Program-made: the position numbers and the translations under genes | From: Opitutales bacterium | GTDB lineage: Bacteria; Verrucomicrobiota; Verrucomicrobiia; Opitutales; PNEW01 | Direction of reading: 5' to 3' | Assembly (NCBI GenBank): GCA_965219535.1 | Contig: CBDCNV010000001.1 | Span: 1,260,001 to 1,292,000 of the forward strand | Length of the DNA: 32,000 nt | The notes under the pieces: generated by a model | The model's database searches: none | Seen by the model: only the letters and a program-made list of their open reading frames with translations | What the model was told of the DNA's origin: nothing | Part shown: positions 9,208 through 17,617 of the stretch, in pieces | Layout: each line of letters begins with the position of its first letter | Position numbering within the stretch: position 1 is the stretch's first letter

Positions 9208-10199
9208 GAGTCGCTCCCACCGGTGCGAATCCGTGGATCACAAATTAAGAGTAAAATATCAGAGATCAGGGTGCCTACAACCGTCATCACTCCCAGCAGG
9301 AGCACAATCGTGCCCGCCAGGTACATGTCTTGTGAAACGAGCGCTCGCAGGAGTAGAGGGCCTACGGTGGGCAGGCTGAGCACTACCGAGACAATCACAC
9401 TGCCGGAGACCAACAATGGCAGGACATAGCCGATGGTACTGAGAAAAGGGTTCATTGTGATACGTACCGGATATTTTAGAATAAGCCTCCACTCGCGCAT
9501 ACCCTTCGCGCGGGCGGTAGTGACGTAGGGTTTCTGGAGTTCGTCCAAAAGGTTTGCGCGAATAACACGAATAAGTGCCGCGGTTCCACCCATCCCCAAT
9601 ATTAATGCCGGGATCCATAGGTGTTTCATTAAATCCCATACGCGGGCCAGACTCCACGGTGCCACCATGTATTCCGGTGAAAATAAACCGCCGACACTGA
9701 TACCCAGTTGAGAGTAGGCAAAATACATGAGAACGAGTGCGAGAAGGAATTCAGGGACCGCCAATCCAATGAAACCTATGAAAGTAAATGTATAGTCACT
9801 GATCGAATGTTGACGAACCGCAGAATAGATACCGATGGGTATGGCCAGTATCCAGGTGAACAAAATTGATGCTAGGGTAAGAACAATCGTAAGTAAGAGA
9901 CGCTCGCCGATAAGTTCGGTTGCTGGACGTTCGTAACTGAATGACCATCCAAAATCTCCATGTAACATCCCATTGACCATTTTAAGATATTGTATGTGCA
10001 AAGGTTTATCTAAACCGTACTGTCGCCTGAGATTTTCTATTACTTCCAGACTGACGCTGTCCCCTTGATTTTGCAGATGGGCGATATGGGCATCGAGGAA
10101 ATCACCGGGGGGGAGTTGAATTATGAAAAAGGATACGACAGATATACCCACAATCATTATCAGCATCCATCCAATGCGACGTAGTATATAATGTGTCAT
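9204..10199 (-). CDS. ABC transporter permease, OppB/DppB type
   Basis: 331-aa multi-span ORF. It has the N-terminus MTHYILRRIGWMLIMIVGISVVSFFIIQLPPGD, the EAA-loop-like TTARAKGMREWRLILKYPVR, and a C-terminal DILLLICDPRIR. Confidence 0.9.
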   Translation of the reverse strand: MTHYILRRIGWMLIMIVGISVVSFFIIQLPPGDFLDAHIAHLQNQGDSVSLEVIENLRRQYGLDKPLHIQYLKMVNGMLHGDFGWSFSYERPATELIGERLLLTIVLTLASILFTWILAIPIGIYSAVRQHSISDYTFTFIGFIGLAVPEFLLALVLMYFAYSQLGISVGGLFSPEYMVAPWSLARVWDLMKHLWIPALILGMGGTAALIRVIRANLLDELQKPYVTTARAKGMREWRLILKYPVRITMNPFLSTIGYVLPLLVSGSVIVSVVLSLPTVGPLLLRALVSQDMYLAGTIVLLLGVMTVVGTLISDILLLICDPRIRTGGSDS

Positions 10200-10208
10200 T
10201 GTGTAAAA

Positions 10209-12269
10209 TTAATTGTTGATTAAGCTGCGATCAATAAAGAATTGATCTGGGCGTGCAATACCCGGGGTTTGTAATCCAGCGCTGTTGGGTGCGAGGTTGG
10301 GAACATTACGGAAAAAATTTTTCACGACGACAATTCCATTGTTTGCCGGAGATTGTCCAACCGTACCAATAACATACAAATTATCACTATGAATGCGCCA
10401 AAGCTCTTTTCCCAGCTCTGTTCGCAAAGCTGAGGGGAGACTACTGCCTTCATCAAAAATCTCCAGCAACCGAATTAAGTCACCCGTTGGGGCCACACCT
10501 CTTCGCCCTTTTTGACTATTCCATAATCCTACATAGGGTGCGAATCTACACCCCACTTCTACAGGAACAGTAAAATTAGGATATGTCCAAGGGTTTTCTG
10601 ACCCACCTGTAACCCACATATGTATCTGGTGCTTGTTTGTGTTTGCACGTGTTGAAAATAAACTGCGTTCTTCGACCACTAAATGCACGTAGAGACCGAC
10701 GGCCTTCCAGTGGTTTACCAAAAGTTCACCTACACTTTCAAAATTTACAAACGATCCCCGTGTCACGGCTAGAGTAATGATCAGTCTTTTCTTATCATCG
10801 TCACGCAAGCGGTAGCCTTCACGATCTCTTTTTCTCAGGCCAATGGTATCCAAGAGCTCATTGGCTTTATCCAAGTCGCGCACGGCAAATTTTTTCTCAT
10901 ATTCAGAACCTGGATAATATTGATTATCAGGCAGGGGTAGAAAAGCTCTCTCTTTTCCAATCCCGAGGAATACGGATTCGTTTATCTCTTTTCGATCGAT
11001 GGCCAGTGAGAGAGCGATGCGAAAATCACGATTTTTTAACCATTTGTTTATTTCCGGATCTCCATCCCAACTTTGATTAACGAATATCGCTGATTCTGAT
11101 CCTCCCAGATTTGGCCAGAAGAGCACGCGGTAATTCCCTTTTTGTTCATTCATCTTGAGCACTGGAACTTTGTCGATAAGGACATGGCGGTGTTGCATGT
11201 CAACCTCGCCGGCAATAACGCGTGCATTGAATACTTCGAAATCCTCAACCAGATGTAAATCAATCTTATCAATATAAGGTAGTTGGTTTCCTTCGGGATC
11301 AATGGCAAAGTAATAGGGATTGCGTTCCAAGGTAAATTTCTCCCCGGTGATGAGGGAAACCGGTTTCCATGGACCGACAACTGGCAGCTCAAGATTATCG
11401 GAAAACACAGCCTTTCTTTTAAATAAAAGCTGCCAGTTAGCAGACGCAACTTCTTCCTCTTCAGCTATTTTATTTAATTCACTTAAAGGTGTGTATTTCG
11501 GGTGAAACTGCTTCAGGTAATGTGCGGGAGCAAAGAGAGGACATATCCAACCTTTAGTAATCTGACCTCCAATAGTATAAGCGGCGACCCTCTCAAGGAA
11601 CACATGGTTGGCCCGATGAAAGGTGTAGCGGATCGTATAGTCATCTAACTTTTCAAATTTGCATATTTGTCCATCTGCTTGAAACCAAAAACTTACGACC
11701 GCGTTAATAATGTCATTTTTAGTCACATCCTCGAAAGCAAAGGCAAAGTCATCAGCGGTGAACGGCATACCGTCAGACCATTTCATCCCCTTGCGCAGAT
11801 GAAAGGTAAAGGTGGTCCCGTCTTCACTCACCTCCCAGGATTTCGCGATATGGGGCACGATCGTTTGCCCATCGAGATCATAGTAGAGTAAGTGATCATG
11901 TTGTATTCGTTGAATGTTTTGAGCATCAGCGCGTCCCGTAAATCCACGCCGCCAGGTGCCGCCATATTGTCCGATGCGTTCGATCGGGGGAACAATCAAA
12001 GGTTCATCCGGTAAGCGATTCTCAACCGGCGGTAACACGCCTTCACTGACAAGTTTCGCCAGTTCGGGTGCTTCATTATAGGCTGTAGGTTTCGGACCGG
12101 TGTGAACGAAACTGAATGCATCGGTTTCGACCGTTGTCTGTTCGGGGGTGTCCGTGACGGATGAAGCTTTGGTGTTACTGCTCTTCGAACAGCCAAAGGG
12201 AATTATCATGGATAGAGCTATAAATAGTAGGTGCAGTATTCTATAGCTTCCAGATTTCCTTATATCCAT
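10209..12269 (-). CDS. ABC transporter substrate-binding lipoprotein, family 5 (oligopeptide/oligosaccharide type), paralog 1
   Basis: 686-aa ORF. It has a signal peptide with the lipobox IPFGC, and the family-5 signature region IAKSWEVSEDGTTFTFHLRKGMKWSDGMPFTADDF. It ends 9 nt upstream of the permease gene. Confidence 0.85.
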   Translation of the reverse strand: MDIRKSGSYRILHLLFIALSMIIPFGCSKSSNTKASSVTDTPEQTTVETDAFSFVHTGPKPTAYNEAPELAKLVSEGVLPPVENRLPDEPLIVPPIERIGQYGGTWRRGFTGRADAQNIQRIQHDHLLYYDLDGQTIVPHIAKSWEVSEDGTTFTFHLRKGMKWSDGMPFTADDFAFAFEDVTKNDIINAVVSFWFQADGQICKFEKLDDYTIRYTFHRANHVFLERVAAYTIGGQITKGWICPLFAPAHYLKQFHPKYTPLSELNKIAEEEEVASANWQLLFKRKAVFSDNLELPVVGPWKPVSLITGEKFTLERNPYYFAIDPEGNQLPYIDKIDLHLVEDFEVFNARVIAGEVDMQHRHVLIDKVPVLKMNEQKGNYRVLFWPNLGGSESAIFVNQSWDGDPEINKWLKNRDFRIALSLAIDRKEINESVFLGIGKERAFLPLPDNQYYPGSEYEKKFAVRDLDKANELLDTIGLRKRDREGYRLRDDDKKRLIITLAVTRGSFVNFESVGELLVNHWKAVGLYVHLVVEERSLFSTRANTNKHQIHMWVTGGSENPWTYPNFTVPVEVGCRFAPYVGLWNSQKGRRGVAPTGDLIRLLEIFDEGSSLPSALRTELGKELWRIHSDNLYVIGTVGQSPANNGIVVVKNFFRNVPNLAPNSAGLQTPGIARPDQFFIDRSLINN

Positions 12270-12442
12270 GATAATTATAACCAGATTTGTCTCTTCCCTG
12301 TGGGTTTGTGTTAAAGCGATAAATTATGAAGTCAGTATTAGTTATCAATATAATTAGGTTTATCAATAATCTTCGTCTTTGGCAGCTTCAGACTCATCGG
12401 CTAGCTGATTAATAAACAATCCTGAGCCATAAATATTGCAAT

Positions 12443-12524
12443 CCAAGGTGGAGCGGGCTGTCCCTAGCACGCTTCTTCCATTACATATTCTCAAACGCGG
12501 TAGGGACACCGCGTTCCACCTTGG
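12443..12524. repeat. structured intergenic repeat (82 nt, nested inverted repeats), copy 1, in the leader of binding-protein paralog 1
   Basis: The sequence is CCAAGGTGGAGCGGGCTGTCCCTAGC...AAACGCGGTAGGGACACCGCGTTCCACCTTGG. The outer arms CCAAGGTGGA/TCCACCTTGG and inner arms GTCCCTA/TAGGGAC are exact complements. The 32-nt right half is identical to 15223-15254. Confidence 0.85.
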
Positions 12525-12979
12525 TAAGGTTGTAAATAATTAAGGACTAAGACGAAGAGGCAGACCCGTCTTCGCGGTAGTCTACGACGTGGCAAGCGGA
12601 GACGAAGCTTGATAAATTAACCCGTAATCATTCACTACTCTTCCCTGTACCGAGGGCGTAGCCCGACATCTTCCACTCTGAACCCCCTCAATTCTGCTCA
12701 AAGAAAAACTGCTCAGTCCGCGCGATACCCGGATTCTGAATAGCCGCGCTTGGTAAGGTTGTAAATAATTAAGGACTAAGACGAAGAGGCAGACCCGTCT
12801 TCGCGGTAGTCTACGACGTGGCAAGCGGAGACGAAGCTTGATAAATTAACCCGTAATCATTCACTACTCTTCCCTGTACCGAGGGCGTAGCCCGACATCT
12901 TCCACTCTGAACCCCCTCAATTCTGCTCAAAGAAAAACTGCTCAGTCCGCGCGATACCCGGATTCTGAATAGCCGCGCT
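12520..12979. repeat. perfect tandem duplication, period 229 bp (12520-12750 and 12749-12979)
   Basis: The two copies read identically base for base by eye. The unit contains the last 63 nt of the 12917-14965 gene plus ~166 nt of downstream intergenic DNA. The junction is ...AGCCGCGCT|TGGTAAGG... Confidence 0.9.
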
Positions 12980-14965
12980 GTTGGGTGCGACATCGGGAAC
13001 ATTGCGAAAATTATTTTTTACTACCACTATGCCATTCCAGGCCGGGGAGTTTCCCACGATTCCGATGGCATAGACATTGTCCGCGTGAATTCGCCAAATC
13101 TCCTTGCCCAATTCGATTCGCCTATTTCTAGGAACGCGATTACCTTGCTCAAATATTTCAATAAGCCGTTTAAAATTACCGTATGGTTGAATACCATTAC
13201 GACCTTCAGACTCATACCAACTTCCGACCAGTGTCGCAAAAAATGACCCGCTTGTTTTTGGGATCGGTATATCCGGATAAATCCAGGGATTTTCACTGCC
13301 GCCGGCCCCCCAAATCAGCAACTGGTGTACGTTTTTAGCCCTTCGCCTTATAAACAGACTGCGCTCCTCAAGTTTTAAATGGAGTTTAATACCGACTTCC
13401 TTAAAATGGATCACTGCAAGTTCAGCAATGCCTTCGAAATCTATAAACATCCGGATGGGCACCCCGATTGAAATGATCAGCGGACTATCGGAATCTGTGC
13501 GCAAGCGGTATCCTTCTTTATTTTTTCGATCCAGACCGATTTGATCCAATAGAGCATTAGCTTTTACCAGGTCTCTTACTGCGTATTTTGTTTCATACTC
13601 GGGTCCCGGGTAGTAGGGATTATTGGGTAGTGCAATAAACGGTCGTGGCACGCCCTCACCGAGAAATATAGATTCTTTTATTTCTTCACGGTCGATAGAG
13701 AGTGAGAGTGCGATGCGGAAGTCTCGGTTTCTGAGCCACTTTTCGATTTCTGGGTCTCCCTCCCAGGTTTGGTTAAAAAAAATTGCAGCTTCAGATCCTC
13801 CCATGGCGGGCCAATATAGTATTCGGTAGTTCCCTTTTTCTGAATCCTGGATAAGTGCAGGTAGCTTGTTAATTAGAACGTGACGGTGTTGCATGTCGAC
13901 CTCACCGGCAATGACTCGGGTGTTAAATACTTCCATATTCTCAACCAGATACATCGCAATTTTGTCGATATATGGTAATTGGTTACCCTCGGGATCGATG
14001 GCGAAGTAGTAGGGGTTGCGTTCAAGGGAAAACACTTCGCTCGATATGGGTGAGACTGTTTTCCAAGGACCGATAACCGGCAAATCCGGATTTTCGGGGA
14101 CCGAACACATGCGTTGAAATAACTGTCCCCAGTTATTTAAACCTGCCGCCTTTACCTTACGCTCCAGTTCACCCGCATCGGCGTATTGTGGAAGAAACTG
14201 CATTAAATAGTGACGAGGTGCGAACAAGGGGCCTTCCCATCTGCGAAAAGATTGACCGCCCGCAGCCAGACTGGCGACGTTTTCGATAAAGACGAAGTTC
14301 GGGATGTGGAAAGTGTAGGCTACCGTATAATCATCGATCTTTTTCATGCGGCATAATTGTCCTTCCGCTTTCAGGTAGCTGGGTTTATTCAGGTTGAGAT
14401 CGTCATTCGCGGTAATCTCTTCGTAGGCGAAGACAAAGTCATCAGCGGTGAACGGCATGCCATCTGACCAATTCATGCCTTTGCGTAGATGAAAAGTGAA
14501 CACGGTACCGTCTTCATTGATTTCCCATCCTTTCGCGATGTGGGGGACTAATGTTTGGCCATCGAAGTCATAATAAATCAAATGATCGTGAAGAATCCGA
14601 TCGATCGTCTGGCGGTCGAAAGGGCCCATAAATCCCCGCCTCCAGGTACCGCCGTACTGTCCGATCCGTTCGATCACCGGGACAATCATGGGTTCTTCGG
14701 GGAGTCTTTCTTCGACGGGAGGTAACGCGCCCGCTTCTACAAGTTTAACCAATACGGGTGCTTCATTAAATGAAGTGGGTATTGGACCGGTGTAAACGAA
14801 ACTGAAGTTATCAGTGTTAACTGTAGATTGTTCTGTCGTATTTAGAGTATTTGAGACGTCATCATTCCGGCTGCAACCCATAGATGCAATCAGGATTGCA
14901 ATCGTTATTACGATGAACCGCATCCGATAGCTGTTGAGATTAATTACATCCATACCGCTTAACAT
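12917..14965 (-). CDS. ABC transporter substrate-binding lipoprotein, family 5, paralog 2
   Basis: 682-aa ORF colinear with 10209-12269. They share long identical runs such as ERIGQYGGTWRRGF, FTFHLRKGM.WSDGMPFTADDF and ERNPYYFAIDPEGNQLPYIDKI. The lipobox is IASMGC. The real start may be the internal Met (MRFIVITIAILIASMGC) at 14923. Confidence 0.85.
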   Translation of the reverse strand: MLSGMDVINLNSYRMRFIVITIAILIASMGCSRNDDVSNTLNTTEQSTVNTDNFSFVYTGPIPTSFNEAPVLVKLVEAGALPPVEERLPEEPMIVPVIERIGQYGGTWRRGFMGPFDRQTIDRILHDHLIYYDFDGQTLVPHIAKGWEINEDGTVFTFHLRKGMNWSDGMPFTADDFVFAYEEITANDDLNLNKPSYLKAEGQLCRMKKIDDYTVAYTFHIPNFVFIENVASLAAGGQSFRRWEGPLFAPRHYLMQFLPQYADAGELERKVKAAGLNNWGQLFQRMCSVPENPDLPVIGPWKTVSPISSEVFSLERNPYYFAIDPEGNQLPYIDKIAMYLVENMEVFNTRVIAGEVDMQHRHVLINKLPALIQDSEKGNYRILYWPAMGGSEAAIFFNQTWEGDPEIEKWLRNRDFRIALSLSIDREEIKESIFLGEGVPRPFIALPNNPYYPGPEYETKYAVRDLVKANALLDQIGLDRKNKEGYRLRTDSDSPLIISIGVPIRMFIDFEGIAELAVIHFKEVGIKLHLKLEERSLFIRRRAKNVHQLLIWGAGGSENPWIYPDIPIPKTSGSFFATLVGSWYESEGRNGIQPYGNFKRLIEIFEQGNRVPRNRRIELGKEIWRIHADNVYAIGIVGNSPAWNGIVVVKNNFRNVPDVAPNSAAIQNPGIARTEQFFFEQN

Positions 14966-15168
14966 GCAATGCTTCTGATGATTCTAATAAGGTAAGTGAA
15001 AAGTAAATGATTCGTCATGTTAGTTAACAGTATTCATGAGAGAAGCAATAATCTTCGCTTCCCTCTTCGTCCCTGTTACATTTCCTTCACACATCAAACG
15101 TCGGATATCGTGTATCTTTCTTAATAATGATCAAAGGGGAATGATATACGATGTTTGATATCCGATAT

Positions 15169-15254
15169 CCAAGGTTCGAGGCGGGCTGATCCCTAGCAAG
15201 CTTCTTCAGTTACAACTTAACTAAACGCGGTAGGGACACCGCGTTCCACCTTGG
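15169..15254. repeat. structured intergenic repeat, copy 2 (86 nt), in the leader of binding-protein paralog 2
   Basis: The sequence is CCAAGGTTCGAGGCGGGCTGATCCCTAGC...AAACGCGGTAGGGACACCGCGTTCCACCTTGG. The right half is identical to copy 1 and the left arm is slightly degenerate. The flanking leader sequence (GAGCTTGATAAATT...CATTCACTACTCTTCCCTG...GGCGTAGCC.GACA.CTTCCAC) is also shared with 12606-12685. Confidence 0.85.
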
Positions 15255-15329
15255 CTTGAAAGTTTAAATACAAACTGAGAAAACAAAGACGGAGCTTGAT
15301 AAATTTTCCCCTAGGCATTCACTACTCTT

Positions 15330-15401
15330 CCCTGAACCCTGAACCCTGAACCCTGAACCCTGAACCCTGAACCCTGAACCCTGAACCCTGAACCCTGAAC
15401 C
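15330..15401. repeat. heptanucleotide microsatellite (CCCTGAA) x10 (+CC)
   Basis: Read directly. Units start at 15330 and every 7 nt up to 15393. The paralogous leader (12643-12653) has a single, non-repeated CCCTGTACCGA at the equivalent position. Confidence 0.95.
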
Positions 15402-15459
15402 GAAGGCGTAGCCTGACACCTTCCACCCTGAGCCTCCGGGGAATGAAAGCTGATCGATA

Positions 15460-16119
15460 TTACAAGGTGTAGGTTACAGGCCAATTACTGCAGGGGTTAC
15501 CGCGAACGACATGCAATTTTCCGCGGGTGGGTTCAGTAATAACTGCCGCCGTCGTAATACAGTCCGTGAATCCTTCTTCTTCTCGATGCCGGCAAATACC
15601 GCCATTCGGATAGTCAGTATGATCGCTTAAGATTGATAATACAAGCTGAGGGGTCAGGCGTCCACGCTCTTCAATCAGTTTTTTCCGCAAGCCAAAAGTG
15701 CGGTGCTCTGAACATCTCAATTCGGAGCCATCCACGCCAAGGTATGGACTGGTCAATCAGTTTTTTCCGCAAGCCAAAAGTTGAACATCTCAATTCGGAC
15801 CAATCGGATGATTTGCGTGGGTGCAAATACCGTCCTCGGCAGGGAGGACATCAATACCGCCGGCATTCCATTCAATGGAGGCGCTTTTGCCTTCACCGTC
15901 CATGATCAGGCAGTTTCCGAAACCTTGTAATCCAAAGCGATTCACCAGTTCGATAGATTCATCGATTGAACTTCCGGTCAGTGTCAGCATCCCCCATACT
16001 TTAAAAGACATTCCTCCGGCTCTGCCTGCAGTGGAATAGAGGTTGTTGCGATAGAGACTCATACCTGTCGACCATATGCCATAGCCCAAGGTTTCACCGG
16101 GGTAACACAAGATGAGCAT
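15460..16119 (-). pseudogene. peptidase C45 family (acyl-CoA:6-aminopenicillanic-acid acyltransferase / carcinine-hydrolase-like) pseudogene: 5'-truncated and internally disrupted
   Basis: Two ORF fragments (15790-16119, 15460-15756) carry the family motifs PGETLGYGIW...GMSLYRNNL, DGICTHANH, LSDHTDYPNGGICRH and GNPCSNW. The roughly 100+ N-terminal residues, including the nucleophile Cys region, are absent; a stop lies 4 codons upstream of 16119. The fragments are separated by a partial direct duplication: TCAATCAGTTTTTTCCGCAAGCCAAAAGT...GAACATCTCAATTCGGA at 15671-15726 and again at 15753-15799, the latter lacking 10 nt. Confidence 0.8.
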
Positions 16120-16292
16120 GTTATAAGCGGTTTAAGTAAATATCTGTTTAATAAACAAGCCACTCTAAAAATCTAAGCAGTTTATATAGTAAATAAAGAT
16201 AATAAATATGGGACTAAGCTGGAGGGACGAAAAGTTACGTCTCCCGATCTGCATGTCCCAAATCTTTAAATCGGGAGTTACCTGCACGAGTA

Positions 16293-17033
16293 ATGAATAA
16301 AAAGAGCAATCATAAAGTTGCTTCAGCAAAGGAAAGTCTTAGGAAAAGGGATCCAGAGCTATTTGAACCGGGTGCTGATAAGGCAGGTATTGCCAGTGAC
16401 TACATAAGTGACATTAGGAGCCTAAAACGACGTAGCCCAAAACGAGGTCAACGGGTGGTTATTTACTGTCGGGTCTCCGGGCGTGATCAAGAACGTTCTC
16501 AAAACCTCTGCGATCAGGATGAGAATTTAGAGCGTGAGTTAGAGAAGCTGGGATTTAATGTAATTGAATCCCTTGGAGAAGTTGGGGCTGGCTGGAAGGG
16601 AGACCGTGATGGCCTTTTGCGTGCCGTAGAAATTGCTCACGAAAACGATGCCGTTGTAGTTGCAGAGTCTGTTACACGATTTATCCGTAGCAGGGATTAC
16701 AACAGTGTGACAAATTGGAATGCGAAGCCCACCGTTGCAGATTATAATCGATTACAGCTTGAAACAGATGGTGTGGAGCTTGCGACCTTAATTAATCCTG
16801 ATGCCACCCCAGAGGAGATAAGATCTTATGAGACTAAGCGAGGTAAGAAATCAAAAGGCAATCCAGGTGGTCGTCCTAAGAAATGTTCTCCTGGATACAA
16901 AAAAAGGGAAAGACAGATGTATTTGCCAAAAGTCTTAGAACTGTATAAACAGAACAAGAATATTGCAGCCATTGCTAGGAGTGTGAATTTAAAATACGAC
17001 ACTGTGTATAGCTGGGTTGTGAAATTTTCTTAA
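16293..17033 (+). CDS. small serine recombinase (resolvase/invertase type) with C-terminal HTH
   Basis: 246-aa ORF. RVVIYCRVSGRDQ matches the catalytic Y-x-R-V-S-x-x-x-Q motif. VVVAESVTRFIRS matches the D/E-R-[LF]-x-R region. The C-terminal NIAAIARSVNLKYDTVYSWV is a helix-turn-helix. About 55 extra N-terminal residues precede the catalytic domain. Confidence 0.85.
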   Translation: MNKKSNHKVASAKESLRKRDPELFEPGADKAGIASDYISDIRSLKRRSPKRGQRVVIYCRVSGRDQERSQNLCDQDENLERELEKLGFNVIESLGEVGAGWKGDRDGLLRAVEIAHENDAVVVAESVTRFIRSRDYNSVTNWNAKPTVADYNRLQLETDGVELATLINPDATPEEIRSYETKRGKKSKGNPGGRPKKCSPGYKKRERQMYLPKVLELYKQNKNIAAIARSVNLKYDTVYSWVVKFS

Positions 17034-17176
17034 ATCTTTATTTTTTTATGTCCGTTAAGACATTTAACATTTTTATCATGTTGGGTTCTAAATGGATGCA
17101 TTACTATGTTAGCTGCTATAATTTGAAAGAAAGCGTTATATAAATACTATAGGTAATGGTGTGTTGCTGAGATGTT

Positions 17177-17340
17177 GCAGTTTTTTGGATAGATTAAATA
17201 TGATTTTAGATCACTATAAGTGATCTATTGGTGAAAAGGATTAAAGGTATACATCAAATTGTGGGTGTAGCAGTTTTTGAGATAAATTAAATATGACGTT
17301 AGATTCGATAAGTGATGTAGATAAAGATGATGTATTGGTG
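17177..17340. repeat. two imperfect direct repeats (17177-17233 and 17270-17340) containing a perfect 9-3-9 palindrome: candidate recombinase binding/crossover sites
   Basis: Unit 1 is GCAGTTTTTTGGATAGATTAAATATGATTTTAGATCACTATAAGTGATCTATTGGTG. Unit 2 is GCAGTTTTTGAGATAAATTAAATATGACGTTAGATTCGATAAGTGATGTAGATAAAGATGATGTATTGGTG. TAGATCACT-ATA-AGTGATCTA at 17207-17227 is a perfect inverted repeat. The functional assignment is inference only. Confidence 0.4.
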
Positions 17341-17589
17341 GAGTGACCCCCAAAAATCGTATCATTTACAGAGAGAGGTTATCGGGATAAACAGATAACC
17401 TCAATGAAAAGAAAAAGATACACAACAGAACAGATTATAACAATATTGCGGCAAGCCGATACCGGTAAAACGGTACAGGAAATCTGCCGTGGAAACAACC
17501 TGAGCGAACAGACTTTCTATCGCTGGCGTAAAAAATATGGCAATTTAGAACTTGCCGATGCGAAGCGATTTAAAGAGCTGGAAAAAGAA

Positions 17590-17617
17590 TTCACGAGCGC
17601 AAGCGAGAAGGCCTGAC
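17590..17617 (+). repeat. short insertion D in IS copy 1 orfA (28 nt, TTCACGAGCGCAAGCGAGAAGGCCTGAC)
   Basis: It is present in copy 1 but absent at the homologous position of copy 2, where GAAAAAGAAAACACCGAG reads ELEKENTELKK. Net +27 nt. It brings an in-frame TGA. Confidence 0.65.

Noticed and set aside
12582-13002. Two minus-strand ORFs (80 and 63 aa) with identical 55-aa C-terminal sequences (ARLFRIRVSRGLSSFSLSRIEGVQSGRCRATPSVQGRVVNDYGLIYQASSPLATS).
   Set aside because: They are read out of the two copies of the 229-bp tandem duplication. They overlap the real binding-protein gene end in another frame. The repetition of the peptide is a by-product of the DNA repeat, not evidence for a gene.
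15330-15401. The heptamer array considered as a CRISPR array or a telomere-like repeat.
   Set aside because: The units are 7 nt and contiguous, with no spacers, and there are no cas genes. It is a simple microsatellite inside a leader region of what otherwise looks like ordinary bacterial DNA.
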